NCBI GenBank assembly: GCA_964415895.1
Contig: CAYQCC010000005.1
Span: forward strand, 875 to 64,874
Length of the DNA stretch: 64,000 nucleotides
From: an uncultured Candidatus Saccharibacteria bacterium
Lineage (GTDB): Bacteria; Patescibacteriota; Minisyncoccia; Phycocordibacterales; UBA1006
Direction: 5' to 3'
Each line of letters opens with the position of its first letter. Positions within the stretch are counted from its first letter, which is position 1. The notes beneath the pieces were generated by a model. It did not search any database. It worked only from the letters and a program-made list of their open reading frames with translations, and was not told where the DNA came from. The position numbers were made by a program, and so were the translations under genes. This document shows, in pieces, positions 17,023 through 27,699 of the stretch.

Positions 17023-18915
17023 TTATGGTTTTACTTTTCCATCCTCACCAACTTTTGATGTATCAGAAGGAAGTCGTGTTTCCATAAATCGTTTTTTCTG
17101 GAAAATAGATGCCTGAACCACTGAATCAGTAGCTGTTAAGAATAGGTCACGAGTTAGTACGGGGACACCTCCTACCTGATTAGTAACTGGAACAATACTT
17201 ACTGTAAATGCTATACTTTTTGCATTTTGCCCAACTCCTACAGAACCTGGATTCCATACAACCTCACGAGTCACAGTATTATATGTAATAAGCGATCTGT
17301 CAGTTGAGGGAGCTACTGCATTTTCCCAATTGATACCTGTTGGTAAAATAGTTTTCACCACAGCATCAGAAACTGGATTAACAGTATTTGATAACTGCCA
17401 TACCAATGTAAATGTCGTCTTTTTACCAACCTGCATTGGCATCGGTCCGGTATTTTTAAGCGGACCAGAATGATATAACGTCTTCGGAATTAACTGAAGG
17501 TTGGTCGAAATTGGAATGGTTACCTTACTACTATCAACCAATGTTTTTGCAGTTCCACCAGAGATAATTCCTGATGCCGATGTTACAAACTGAATAGTGG
17601 ATGTTTTATCAAGCCCTGCACGCGGCGTAAGACTAAACCTCAATCTTCCTGTTGCGCCTGGCTCAATGAGTTTCAACTCAGAGTCTTCATTTGACGTCCA
17701 AATTAATGTATTTGTTGCACTATCGGAATAAGCGCTCCCACTTTCCAATCGAGCAGGATCGAATGCGTCACCAGATATTTTAAGATTAATTTCCGCATCT
17801 GAAATAGCAACATCTAATGTGTTTTTCCATTCAACAATAACAGCACTTAGCTGATTTTGAGCGAATGACACTTTTTGGTCAACAGGCGCACCTTCAATAT
17901 TAAATGTGGTAGCAATGAACGGTAGTGTTAATTTCACCAAATGTGTTGCGCTGGTATACACGCTTGCAATTTTTCGCTCGTTAGTTTCGTCTTGTACACC
18001 AACGGTAAATCTAATATTCTTTTCAATATTAGTAACACCGTCGCACTGCACAATCATATTAATTTCTTTTTGCGAACTCACAGGCAAATCACCTAAAAAC
18101 CATACATTTTTATCAAGAGTGGGCGCTGGATCAGAACTTACAAAATTACAACCATCCGGAAATTCACCAACAACCATTGCATCTTTAACAACATTAGAAG
18201 CATTTCCAGAAATAGTTAGTTTTATCGGTAATTCTTGACCTGACAGCATCGTACCTGAAGCGTTTACAAGTAGTGTCGCAATAGACGAACGAAGTGTTAA
18301 TTTTGCACCGCCAGATTTCTCGAATATTGCATTAGAACCTGCGAGACGGAATTCAACCATTGCAGTAAAATCTTTCTCGTTCCCTTGTTCACCAAATAAC
18401 TGCATTGGAAAAACTTCATTACGAGTTTCACCTGCGCCAATAGTTCCAAGGTCTCGAGTAATTTCTTTCAAAGCATTTGGATCTCGGGTGTTACCTAATG
18501 GATACTTAAAGACAAGCTTTGTAAATTCCATAGGAACAGGGTTTTGATTTACCAACGTAACGGTTGCATTTACCTCTTCACCACTATCTGCGAATGTTGT
18601 AGCTGTTACATTCAATTGAATATTTTCACCTGATAATCGAGCACGTCCAGTAAATAATGAAAATATAAACAAACCTGCCGATATAACAGCAAATACACAC
18701 GATCCGATAAAGATCTTTTTAAAATATGACTTTTGTACCGTTCGTTTTTGATGAATCAAATCATCATGATGTGCCTCGGGTACTGGTTCAGTCCAATCCT
18801 CAGCAACAGGTTTCAATTTATCGCGATGTAAAATTCCACGATTAGTATCACTAACACCGCGTCCAGCTGTTAAATCATTATCAAGTTTTTTCAAAAGACT
18901 TTCATTTGAATCCAT
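17023..18915 (-). CDS. membrane-anchored protein with tandem Ig-like (DUF11-like) domains
   Basis: One TM near the N-terminus; beta-rich repeats such as LIWT, VVWNPGSV, VVKTILPTG. Confidence 0.75.
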   Translation of the reverse strand: MDSNESLLKKLDNDLTAGRGVSDTNRGILHRDKLKPVAEDWTEPVPEAHHDDLIHQKRTVQKSYFKKIFIGSCVFAVISAGLFIFSLFTGRARLSGENIQLNVTATTFADSGEEVNATVTLVNQNPVPMEFTKLVFKYPLGNTRDPNALKEITRDLGTIGAGETRNEVFPMQLFGEQGNEKDFTAMVEFRLAGSNAIFEKSGGAKLTLRSSIATLLVNASGTMLSGQELPIKLTISGNASNVVKDAMVVGEFPDGCNFVSSDPAPTLDKNVWFLGDLPVSSQKEINMIVQCDGVTNIEKNIRFTVGVQDETNERKIASVYTSATHLVKLTLPFIATTFNIEGAPVDQKVSFAQNQLSAVIVEWKNTLDVAISDAEINLKISGDAFDPARLESGSAYSDSATNTLIWTSNEDSELKLIEPGATGRLRFSLTPRAGLDKTSTIQFVTSASGIISGGTAKTLVDSSKVTIPISTNLQLIPKTLYHSGPLKNTGPMPMQVGKKTTFTLVWQLSNTVNPVSDAVVKTILPTGINWENAVAPSTDRSLITYNTVTREVVWNPGSVGVGQNAKSIAFTVSIVPVTNQVGGVPVLTRDLFLTATDSVVQASIFQKKRFMETRLPSDTSKVGEDGKVKP

Positions 18916-18989
18916 AGAGATTAAAAGTATAACATAAAAAGAGTCCATACTTAAAGCACGGACTCTTTTTTACTTGTTTATTAAAATTT

Positions 18990-20795
18990 TTAACTGGCTA
19001 AAGATACAAACTTACTACCTTCTTGTATCAAACCTACCAATGAAAATGGCTCGGAATCACTTACCTCTCTTTTGACTATCTTTCCATTTTCGATACAAAT
19101 GATTCTTTGAAAGAAAGATTCGTAATGTTCGTCATGAAGACAGACAACAACCGTTTTACCTGGAAACAATGTCCCGGCTGTTATTTTGCCGTAGAAATCT
19201 TTTTTTGTTTCTGGGTCAATATTGCCCATAGGTTCGTCTAGTATAACTATTTCAATACTTGGATTGCTTGCCTTGAAATAAAGAGACGCTAAAGATATTC
19301 TTTTGTTTTGACCTGTAGATAGTTGAATACCACCTTTCCACTGCTGACCAATATACGTATCTAACTGGCTTGGTAAATCCTTTACGAATCCGTCCATGCC
19401 AACCGCATGTAATGCTTTCCAGATTAAATCATCATTATCTGTAGTAAGTGAGGCAGATATGATTTCCCTAATGGTTGTATCAGGTAAACCATTGTAAACA
19501 CTTTCAATAAGCATGTAATTCAACAGCGAAGATCTTTTAATATCTGATGTCTTTGTTCCGCCAAGAGTCACGTTTCCTAATTCAGGAAAGTAAATTCCAG
19601 CTATCAGATTTATCATGGTTGTTTTTCCGCCACCATTGTTTCCAATCAATCCGATGATTTCGCCTTGCGAAATCATCGTTGAAAGATTTTGAACAGCAGA
19701 CTTGTGCTTGTTTGGGTACGTAAATGTTACATCATCAAACACAATTGGTAGTAATGTGTTTACAGTTTTTGAACCTTCTATGTAAACAGGTTTTAATTCG
19801 TTAAAGGGTACAAAATATTTCTCATATTCCTTTAACGAATTAATGAAGTTCGCAATAGAAAAGCCCAAATTGCTAATTGAAGCCTTAAAAGTAAATAATG
19901 CTCCAAAAGCAAGAGGCCATGTAATAATCGTTATCTTTCCATGCATTGCTGATACACACATAAATCCCAAAGCAACGGCAGTACAAATAACACTAATTAC
20001 ACAATACGTTAATCTTCTTGCGGTTTGAATTCTTTGCATTTTCAAGAGATCATCTACAATTTTACCTCTTGCGTCATAGAAGCGACCTTTAAAGTACTCA
20101 CGAGTTCCATGAAAAATAGTCTGAAGAGCTGATTTATTATTTTGTAATAAATCATTATATTCTTCAAACATTGTTCGATCATCATGACCTTCTTCCCATA
20201 TACTCAACACTTTGCGATGTATTTGTATATTTGAAATAATGCTATATATTCCAGGAATTAGTACAAAGATAATCACCCAAGGTGAAAGTAGCGCAATAAG
20301 AGCGCCTGAAATCAACAGGGCGATCGTTCTTTGAAGAAGATTAAATGACTTATCATATAACCCTACCATCGAAGGCCAACCTTTTTGAAAAAACAATATT
20401 TTTGTTTTTGATACTTCGTTGTCAAAAAGCTGTGAAGGGTCAAGTTCTTCAATCTTTTTCTGAGTGAAGGTTTTGTGTTCTTGGAAATTATGCTCTGCTC
20501 TTAAGTTGTCATAATAATCGCCTATTTCCGAGATTAATTGCATACACGCAAGCCATACTGAAACGACAATGATAAAAATAATTCCCCATTTTACAGAATT
20601 ATCCTTACCAAGATTCGTTAACATAATAATACCTAAACTGGTAATACCACTTGAAATGGCGCTTTGTGATGCCGTCCAAAAACTTTCAAAAATATTAAAA
20701 GCAGTAAGTTTTGGAGCAATTCTTTTAGCTAATGCAAACGATTGAAGAACCGCCTGAATAACGAGCTGCTTGGTTAACGTGTTTTTCTTTTCCAT
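18990..20795 (-). CDS. ABC transporter, fused permease/ATP-binding
   Basis: TM N-half; Walker A GNNGGGKTT, signature LSTGQ, Walker B IVILDEP, H-loop. Confidence 0.9.
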   Translation of the reverse strand: MEKKNTLTKQLVIQAVLQSFALAKRIAPKLTAFNIFESFWTASQSAISSGITSLGIIMLTNLGKDNSVKWGIIFIIVVSVWLACMQLISEIGDYYDNLRAEHNFQEHKTFTQKKIEELDPSQLFDNEVSKTKILFFQKGWPSMVGLYDKSFNLLQRTIALLISGALIALLSPWVIIFVLIPGIYSIISNIQIHRKVLSIWEEGHDDRTMFEEYNDLLQNNKSALQTIFHGTREYFKGRFYDARGKIVDDLLKMQRIQTARRLTYCVISVICTAVALGFMCVSAMHGKITIITWPLAFGALFTFKASISNLGFSIANFINSLKEYEKYFVPFNELKPVYIEGSKTVNTLLPIVFDDVTFTYPNKHKSAVQNLSTMISQGEIIGLIGNNGGGKTTMINLIAGIYFPELGNVTLGGTKTSDIKRSSLLNYMLIESVYNGLPDTTIREIISASLTTDNDDLIWKALHAVGMDGFVKDLPSQLDTYIGQQWKGGIQLSTGQNKRISLASLYFKASNPSIEIVILDEPMGNIDPETKKDFYGKITAGTLFPGKTVVVCLHDEHYESFFQRIICIENGKIVKREVSDSEPFSLVGLIQEGSKFVSLAS

Positions 20796-20910
20796 ATGTT
20801 TTATTTTTTAGTTTTAAAAGATGATTTTCTTAATTTTTATCATTATATCATAAATGATATATATGTCAAAATAACAAAAAACCACACTTTCGAGTGGTTT
20901 TTGCAATCCA

Positions 20911-21762
20911 TTAATTTGGATTTCGTTTTGATTTTCGTCGTGTAACGATTGCATAGTTCGAATACTTCTTTGGAGTACGTGTTCGCACACCGTACGCTTG
21001 CTTTCCGTATCGAGTTTTTGGTCCTCGTCGTAGACCAATTCCCTGGCGCCCTTCTCCACCTCCGTGCGGGTGATCTACTGGGTTCATGGCAGAACCACGA
21101 ACTGTTGGTCGGATACCTTTCCATCGTGATCGTCCAGCTTTTCCAAGATTTACCAAATGGTAATCAGGGTTTGAAACTGATCCGATTGACGCATAACATT
21201 TATCAGATACTGTTCGAACTTCACCTGAAGGCATTTTAAGTTGAGTTCGCCCTTCGTTGTGCGCGTTTACTTGTGCAAAACTTCCGGCCGAACGCACCAT
21301 TTTAGCGCCATTATCAGGTTTAATTTCGATGTTGTAGATGAATGTTCCCACAGGAATGTTTACTAATGGCAAACGGTTTCCAGGTGTAAGTGGTGCATCT
21401 GCAGATACGATGAATGTTGATCCAGCAGTAACTCCTTGTGGAAGTACAATGTATCGTCGTTCACCATCCTTGTAACATACCAATCCAATGAAAGCTGATC
21501 GGTTTGGATCATATTCAACAGACTCGATCTTTGCAGGGATGTTGATCTTGTTCATTTTGAAATCGATTTCTCGATATGAACGTTTGTGTCCACCTCCTTT
21601 ATGAGGAGCTGTAATACGTCCTTGATTGTTTCGTCCAACATGTCGCTTTCGTCCTTTCGTCAAAGCCTTGTGAGGAGTTGAAGTCGTAAGCACGTCTCGG
21701 TATTTGATACCTGTCATGTTACGTCGTGACGGCGATGTTGGTTTATAAGTTTTAATTGCCAT
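20911..21762 (-). CDS. rplB: 50S ribosomal protein L2
   Basis: EYDPNRSA, AMNPVDHPHGGGEG. Confidence 0.99.
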   Translation of the reverse strand: MAIKTYKPTSPSRRNMTGIKYRDVLTTSTPHKALTKGRKRHVGRNNQGRITAPHKGGGHKRSYREIDFKMNKINIPAKIESVEYDPNRSAFIGLVCYKDGERRYIVLPQGVTAGSTFIVSADAPLTPGNRLPLVNIPVGTFIYNIEIKPDNGAKMVRSAGSFAQVNAHNEGRTQLKMPSGEVRTVSDKCYASIGSVSNPDYHLVNLGKAGRSRWKGIRPTVRGSAMNPVDHPHGGGEGRQGIGLRRGPKTRYGKQAYGVRTRTPKKYSNYAIVTRRKSKRNPN

Positions 21763-21839
21763 AATGATTCTCGGTACCAATAAGGCTTTCTGGTACGGTT
21801 ATTTATATAAAATTCTTGCCTAAGGAAATAGTGAGTGAA

Positions 21840-21933
21840 GTAATAAAAGAAATTGTTTCTGAGATCGAGTCCGCGTTGCGGACGAAGCCGAGCACAGTGA
21901 GGAAATTTTCGAAGGAATAATTTCTTTTATTAC
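21840..21933 (+). repeat. structured GTAA...TTAC element, copy B
   Basis: 21 bp closing stem with 2 G-T pairs; core ctGAgatcGA-hairpin-GAagccGA-hairpin-GAgg; between rplW and rplB. Confidence 0.8.
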
Positions 21934-21948
21934 GAAACGCTCATGATA

Positions 21949-22272
21949 TTATGCAATCTCGATTTTCTGTCCTTTCGGAAGAAATACAGTTGCTTTCTTT
22001 TCACCTTTAGTCATTCCGCGTGTTCCACGAACCAAAACGGCTACAGGTTTTTTAAGTGATACAGTTACTTTTACTGGATCTACGTTGTACAGGAATTTAA
22101 TTGCTCGAGCAATTTGAATTTTGTTTGAACGAGTTGCTACGTTAAATACGTAAGCATTGTTCTCGGCGCTGTACGCTGCTTTTTCAGTAATCCGTGGACC
22201 GATAATGATACCAACAAGTTCTGCTGGAAGCTTTTTCTCGTCCGGTTTTTCAATCAATGATTTTTTTGCCAT
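21949..22272 (-). CDS. rplW: 50S ribosomal protein L23
   Basis: PRITEKA, YVFNV, KKATVFL. Confidence 0.95.
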   Translation of the reverse strand: MAKKSLIEKPDEKKLPAELVGIIIGPRITEKAAYSAENNAYVFNVATRSNKIQIARAIKFLYNVDPVKVTVSLKKPVAVLVRGTRGMTKGEKKATVFLPKGQKIEIA

Positions 22273-22275
22273 AGA

Positions 22276-23010
22276 TTATACAGATTTTTTCACAGCACCT
22301 CGCTTTGTAAGCAAGAACGCCTGTGTATCTGTTGGATTACTGATAATCATGTAACGATATTTCATTACATCGACCGGGTTAATGTTTCGAGCTTCAACCA
22401 ATGTTACATGGTTGATGTTTCGGAAACTGTTTCGTACTACTTCAGAAATAACTGGCAATACTAACAAGATGTTGTTTGGCTTGTTTGTGTTGATAGTTTC
22501 AAATCCTGCAATAGTCTCAAATCCTTTCAAGATTTTTTCTGCATCTTTTGTTTTTGCATTTGATAGATCAATTGATTCTGAGAACAAAATCTTTCCCTTT
22601 CGGAGTTTGTTTGACAATGTTGCAAATAATGCTGCAGTTTTTTGTTTCTTGTTGATTTTTACTGAATAATCTTTTTCATTTCGAGGACCATGAGTAACTC
22701 CACCCGTTCGCCAAATTGGAGATCGTGTTGAGCCGTGTCGCGCGCGTCCTGTTCCTTTCTGCTGCCAAGGTTTTTTACCTGATCCAGAAACTTCATCTCG
22801 CATTTTAGTGTGAGCCAAACCTGTTCGAGCATTTGCCTGCATACCAATAATAACTTGATGTACTAAATCTCCATTCCAAGAACGATTGAAAATTGCGCCT
22901 GACAAATCAACGTTTCCGTTTGATTTTCCAGCCAATGTATACAATGGTGCTGAAACATTTTCAGAAGATTTTTTTGCAACTTTTTTAGTTGCCACTTTTT
23001 TTGTTGCCAT
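22276..23010 (-). CDS. rplD: 50S ribosomal protein L4
   Basis: KPWQQKGTGRARHGS.RSPIW..GG..HGP. Confidence 0.98.
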   Translation of the reverse strand: MATKKVATKKVAKKSSENVSAPLYTLAGKSNGNVDLSGAIFNRSWNGDLVHQVIIGMQANARTGLAHTKMRDEVSGSGKKPWQQKGTGRARHGSTRSPIWRTGGVTHGPRNEKDYSVKINKKQKTAALFATLSNKLRKGKILFSESIDLSNAKTKDAEKILKGFETIAGFETINTNKPNNILLVLPVISEVVRNSFRNINHVTLVEARNINPVDVMKYRYMIISNPTDTQAFLLTKRGAVKKSV

Positions 23011-23014
23011 ACAA

Positions 23015-23632
23015 TTATTGTGTAATTTCTAGCATTGTTCCACGTCTTCCGGGAACAGCACCTTTAATCACGATGATGTTAGTTTTTGGATCGACCGCAA
23101 GTACTTTTAGGTTCTTGACCGTAATTCGATCAGTTCCCATTCGTCCTGCCATGCGCATACCTTTCATTACGCGCTGCATTCCACCGGCTCCAATAGAACC
23201 AGGTTCACGCTCGCTGTGTTTCTGACCGTGAGTTCGGCGTCCTCCATGGAATCCATGTCGCTTTACTACACCTTGGAAACCTTTACCTTTTGAAATACCT
23301 GACACGCGGATCATGTCGCCTTCAGCGAATTGATCAACTGCCATTGTATTTCCTCGAGCATAGTTTGCAAGATCTGCAGTGTCCACTAGAAATTCCTTTG
23401 TATATCGGAAGTTTCCAAGATCACCATAGTGACCTTTCACAGGTTTTGATAAATTCTTTTCATTACGAGTTCCTGACGAAACCTGCACAGCGTCGTATCC
23501 GTCGCTTGCAACTGATTTCACCTGAGTCACTGTAATAGGTGTTGCAGAAATCAATGTCGCAGCATGAGCGATTCCTTTTGAATCGAAATACTGTGTCATT
23601 TGGATCTTCTCACCCAAAATATATTTTTTCAT
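23015..23632 (-). CDS. rplC: 50S ribosomal protein L3
   Basis: DGYDAVQ, SKGKGFQGVVKRHGF, KGAVPG; start MKKYILGEK. Confidence 0.98.
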   Translation of the reverse strand: MKKYILGEKIQMTQYFDSKGIAHAATLISATPITVTQVKSVASDGYDAVQVSSGTRNEKNLSKPVKGHYGDLGNFRYTKEFLVDTADLANYARGNTMAVDQFAEGDMIRVSGISKGKGFQGVVKRHGFHGGRRTHGQKHSEREPGSIGAGGMQRVMKGMRMAGRMGTDRITVKNLKVLAVDPKTNIIVIKGAVPGRRGTMLEITQ

Positions 23633-23862
23633 ATGGTAAAACCAAATTAGTATCAGCGGTTTGAGATATGCCTTCATATCAGAAACATGATGAGTTGTTC
23701 GGCGGTTTTGAAATAGGATTCCAAAACACGAACTGTTATTAATAGCTCCAAGCGCCACAAGAGAAATCAGAATTGACTGTTTCTTATTAAACAAGGTCTC
23801 GACTTGTGTAATGGATTAGAAAATTCTGATCTCCGGGCAACGCCTGGATTGTACGAAAATGA

Positions 23863-24192
23863 TTACATCATTTTTACATCGATTTCAACACCAGACGGTA
23901 GTGAAAGAGATGTTAAAGCTTCGATCAATTTTGGCACTGGATTGATGATATCAATCAAACGTTTATGTACACGGATTTCAAATTGCTCACGAGCGTCCTT
24001 GTGAACGAATGTTGAACGGTTAACTGTGTACTTTCGAATCTCGTTAGGAAGCGGTACGGGTCCGCGAATGGTCGCTTCATGTCGGTTTGCAGTTTCGATA
24101 ATTTGTTTAACCGAAGCATCCAACACTTTGTTTTCATACGCACGAACGCGAATCCGCAATACCGCTTCACCTGATTTTTTTTCTGATGACAT
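23863..24192 (-). CDS. rpsJ: 30S ribosomal protein S10
   Basis: RIRVRAY, GPVPLP, REQFEIRVHKRLIDI. Confidence 0.98.
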   Translation of the reverse strand: MSSEKKSGEAVLRIRVRAYENKVLDASVKQIIETANRHEATIRGPVPLPNEIRKYTVNRSTFVHKDAREQFEIRVHKRLIDIINPVPKLIEALTSLSLPSGVEIDVKMM

Positions 24193-24249
24193 AGCAGTGG
24201 GACAAACCATGATGAAGTGTACAAGTACGCTTCATGTAGATTTGCAAGA

Positions 24250-25449
24250 TTACGCGATAATTTTTGTTACCACTCCTGCCCCGACTGTCTTACCACCTTC
24301 ACGAATCGCGAATCGAGTGTTGTTCTCAAGTGCGATAGGTGCAAGCAATTTAACTTTGAATGTTACGGTATCTCCTGGCATAACCATTTGAGTACCTTCT
24401 GGCAATGTTACATCACCTGTCACGTCCGTTGTTCGGATGTAGAACTGAGGTTTGTATCCGTTTAGGAATGGAGTGTGTCGTCCACCTTCTTCTTTTGAAA
24501 GAATGTATACTTCACATTCGAATTCTGAATGCGGTTTGATTGAGCCAGTTTTAGCAAGAACTTGTCCACGTGTGATGTCATCTTTTTTAACACCTCGTAG
24601 AAGGATTCCTGCGTTGTCTCCAGCCATACCTTCTTGCAATTGTTTGTTGAACATTTCAATTCCGGTAACAGTTGTTTTCACAGTATCTTTCAATCCTACG
24701 ATTTCAACTTCTTCACCAACCTTGATGATTCCTTGTTCAATTTTTCCTGTTACCACTGTTCCACGTCCCTCGATTGAGAACACGTCTTCGATTGGCATAA
24801 GGAATGGTTTATCAACTTCACGCTTTGGCTCTGGAATATAAGTATCCAAAGCTTCAACCAATTCAAGAACTTTCTTAGCCCATTCGTCATCATTTGATGT
24901 TGACTCAAGCGCTTTCAATCCTGAACCGTGAATGATTGGAGTGTTGTCTCCATCATATCCTTGTTTAGTTAACAATTCTCGCATTTCAAGTTCTACCAAT
25001 TCCAACATTTCTTTGTCATCAACCATGTCACACTTGTTCAAAAATACTACGATTTTTGGAACTCCTACTTGTTTTGCAAGCAATACGTGTTCACGTGTTT
25101 GAGGCATCGCTCCGTCAGTTGCTGCTACTACGATGATTGCACCGTCCATTTGAGCGGCACCTGTAATCATGTTTTTGATGTAGTCGGCGTGACCTGGCGC
25201 ATCGATGTGTGCGTAGTGTCGTGTTGGTGTCCAGTACTCGTTATGAGAAAGTGCAATGGTGATTCCACGCGCCTTTTCTTCTGGAGCCTTGTCGATACCG
25301 TCAATTCCTTTAAGAACTGCACCGTATCCATTTGCTTGTCGTGCAAGCACTGACAAGATTGCCGCTGTAAGCGTAGTTTTACCGTGGTCAACGTGACCAA
25401 TAGTACCTACGTTTACGTGAGGCTTTGAGCGGTCAAAAGCTTCTGCCAT
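24250..25449 (-). CDS. tuf: elongation factor Tu
   Basis: [38 protein letters not shown]. Confidence 0.99.
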   Translation of the reverse strand: MAEAFDRSKPHVNVGTIGHVDHGKTTLTAAILSVLARQANGYGAVLKGIDGIDKAPEEKARGITIALSHNEYWTPTRHYAHIDAPGHADYIKNMITGAAQMDGAIIVVAATDGAMPQTREHVLLAKQVGVPKIVVFLNKCDMVDDKEMLELVELEMRELLTKQGYDGDNTPIIHGSGLKALESTSNDDEWAKKVLELVEALDTYIPEPKREVDKPFLMPIEDVFSIEGRGTVVTGKIEQGIIKVGEEVEIVGLKDTVKTTVTGIEMFNKQLQEGMAGDNAGILLRGVKKDDITRGQVLAKTGSIKPHSEFECEVYILSKEEGGRHTPFLNGYKPQFYIRTTDVTGDVTLPEGTQMVMPGDTVTFKVKLLAPIALENNTRFAIREGGKTVGAGVVTKIIA

Positions 25450-25592
25450 ATAGTTATATATTTCGGGAACAGGTACTCGAATCTACGGAGCACTTTAAGA
25501 AAAGATCCTAAATGCATGTTGCATAGATACGGCAATACGCGTTCCACTGGACGCCGGTCAAGGCCGCCCGATTAAATGAATAAACATATGGC

Positions 25593-25620
25593 ATATTACG
25601 GAAAAATCGTTACTTGTCAA
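25593..25620 (-). promoter_or_regulatory. sigma70 promoter for tuf
   Basis: TTGACA-16-TAATAT on the minus strand. Confidence 0.7.
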
Positions 25621-25637
25621 TGGTTTTGCTGTATTTA

Positions 25638-25760
25638 TCTCCTCCTAATTTAGGAGGAGTGCCCAAAGGGCGAGGTGGTATTGTAAGCTTTATTGTGTGT
25701 ACAAAAATACCACCCCGTCTCGTCGTACCTCCTCGCCACCCCTCCTAAATTAGGAGGGGA
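25638..25760. repeat. paired palindromic element (family 3, REPIN-like)
   Basis: ctcctcctaatttaggaggag...ggtggtatt / aataccacc...cccctcctaaattaggagggg arranged as an inverted pair. Confidence 0.8.
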
Positions 25761-25944
25761 TTTCATACATTAAATTATGGTAAACGAGCCTTTAAATATA
25801 AGCTCTTATGAATGTCCTTTATGGCCCTATAATGTCCTTTAGAAAAATAGCCATGGTATACTGAATATGTACCGATTGAATCTCACCGCTGCCCGATTGT
25901 AATCATGCGTCCGAAAAGAGATACGGATGACATTTTCACCAATT

Positions 25945-26292
25945 ATGAAAATATCTATTTCTGGATCACACATTGATTTAACTGATGCCTTGCGCAATCA
26001 TGTTGATCATGAGTTTAAAAAATTGGAGAAGTTGATAGAACCGAATGCGCGAATCGATGTAGAAATTGGAAAAACGACTGAACACCACAAACAAGGAAAC
26101 ATCTTTAAAGCGGAGGCAAAAATTGTAGAATCAAAAGCAGAATATTTTGCAGAATTTGTTACCGACGACTTGTACAGCGCCATTGGAATGCTATCGGATG
26201 AATTATCACAGCAAATTACCCGATCAAAAAGCCGTCACCGCACTCTATTCAAACGCGGAGGCGCAATGATTAAAAGCTTGTTACGTTTATAA
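25945..26292 (+). CDS. raiA: ribosome hibernation factor HPF/RaiA
   Basis: MKISISGSHIDLTDALR...DLYSAI. Confidence 0.9.
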   Translation: MKISISGSHIDLTDALRNHVDHEFKKLEKLIEPNARIDVEIGKTTEHHKQGNIFKAEAKIVESKAEYFAEFVTDDLYSAIGMLSDELSQQITRSKSRHRTLFKRGGAMIKSLLRL

Positions 26293-26317
26293 ATTAATAT
26301 AAAGAATTATCATTATT

Positions 26318-27025
26318 ATGGAATCACCATCAAAAGCACCCTGGTATATTGGAATTATTATCATCATCGTAGCTATCGTTCTGGTAGTTATCGGACTCAA
26401 ATCTAAGACTGCAACACCGTCAGATGAAATGCCAATTATTAACACAGAAACTCAGACAGAAACATCTCAGAATACTGCGATTGACGCACCATTATCAAAC
26501 CAACCAACAACTTCAGTTCCCACTGATACTAAAAAAGTTATGAACACAGTTACACTAAAAACAAATATGGGAGAGATTACTATCACACTTGATCGAACAA
26601 GTGCTCCTAAGACTGTTGAAAACTTTACAAAGCTCGCAGGTGAAGGATTTTATGATGGTATTCGCTTCCACCGTGTTATCAAGGATTTCATGATCCAAAC
26701 TGGTGACCCTCAATCAAAAGATGAAAGTAAGAAATCATTGTGGGGTACAGGCGGACCAGGATATAAATTTGATGATGAATTAAGCGGAAAAGAAACCTAC
26801 CTACAAGGAACAGTTGCTATGGCAAATTCTGGACCTAATACGAATGGGTCACAATTCTTTATCGTAACAGCAAACCCTGGCGCTCCCCTTCCTCCAAGCT
26901 ACACAGTATTTGGAAAAGTAACAAAAGGGTTAGATGTTGCATTAAAGATCGAGAAAGTAAAAACAGAAACTGCAGATCGACCTATTGATGATGTTATTAT
27001 CGAAAAAGCTACTGTTTCAGAATAA
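26318..27025 (+). CDS. membrane-anchored cyclophilin-type PPIase
   Basis: FHRVIKDFMIQTGDP, AMANSGPNTNGSQFFI, YTVFGKV. Confidence 0.96.
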   Translation: MESPSKAPWYIGIIIIIVAIVLVVIGLKSKTATPSDEMPIINTETQTETSQNTAIDAPLSNQPTTSVPTDTKKVMNTVTLKTNMGEITITLDRTSAPKTVENFTKLAGEGFYDGIRFHRVIKDFMIQTGDPQSKDESKKSLWGTGGPGYKFDDELSGKETYLQGTVAMANSGPNTNGSQFFIVTANPGAPLPPSYTVFGKVTKGLDVALKIEKVKTETADRPIDDVIIEKATVSE

Positions 27026-27053
27026 ACAAAAAACACCATATGGTGTTTTTTGT

Positions 27054-27698
27054 TTATTCTTTCCAGATTGCGAGCATATATGCTCCTGAATTATACCAGG
27101 CATGCAGCAACCGATCCCTGCTCACTATTGATACTGGCTCTTCAATCGGCTGGGAATTATTGAAGAAATAATGATCGCCTTCTTTTCCTGTAATGGTAAT
27201 GGCATGATTTCCCATTCCACCATTTGGACGAAGAAAAATTCCTCTATTCCGAACGCTTAGTATTACAGGCATACCCTTTTGTAAAAATTCATCAACACCT
27301 TCTAATGTTGGCAATGCCGTGGAATATTTTCCTCCTCTTTTTATAATATTAATATCTCCAAGCAGCTTTCTCCTGCGATATAGATTTTCCTCATTATTAG
27401 GAATGGACTCATAATTTTTTTGTATCCTTTCAAGATCTTTCTCGGTAACATTCTCTATTTCTGGACTTATCACTTGCAAGTCATGATATGCAAAGAATGT
27501 ATTATACCCACGGTCCAAGGCAACAATAGCCGCACCTTGATTATCATATCCTTGTTTGAGTTTATAAGGATTCATCAGTTCGATTACTTCCTTATATTCG
27601 ATGTTATCTCCTAAAAACCTTAACACCATTGTTAAGTTCGCTACTAGACACTCGTCGGATTTAGGAGTTTGTCGAATAATTGGAATATTTAATTTCAT
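27054..27698 (-). CDS. peptidase C39-like protein
   Basis: Q...C (RQTPKSDEC), HAITITG, YFFNN; ATG abuts the tRNA 3' end. Confidence 0.75.
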   Translation of the reverse strand: MKLNIPIIRQTPKSDECLVANLTMVLRFLGDNIEYKEVIELMNPYKLKQGYDNQGAAIVALDRGYNTFFAYHDLQVISPEIENVTEKDLERIQKNYESIPNNEENLYRRRKLLGDINIIKRGGKYSTALPTLEGVDEFLQKGMPVILSVRNRGIFLRPNGGMGNHAITITGKEGDHYFFNNSQPIEEPVSIVSRDRLLHAWYNSGAYMLAIWKE

Positions 27699-27699
27699 G

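Noticed and set aside
21860-21890. Hammerhead-like look of elements B and C (CUGA..GA-stem-GAA)
   Set aside because: The core is CUGA-N4-GA and GAAG rather than CUGANGA and GAAA, with no matching stem III/UH site.
23793-23805. 13-mer AAGGTCTCGACTT shared with the reverse complement at about 36288
   Set aside because: Matches of this length are expected by chance in 64 kb and the similarity does not extend.
25450-25575. tRNA-like sequence in the tuf leader; ggccgcccg shared with the tRNA-Ser leader
   Set aside because: No cloverleaf can be drawn and a 9-mer match is not significant.
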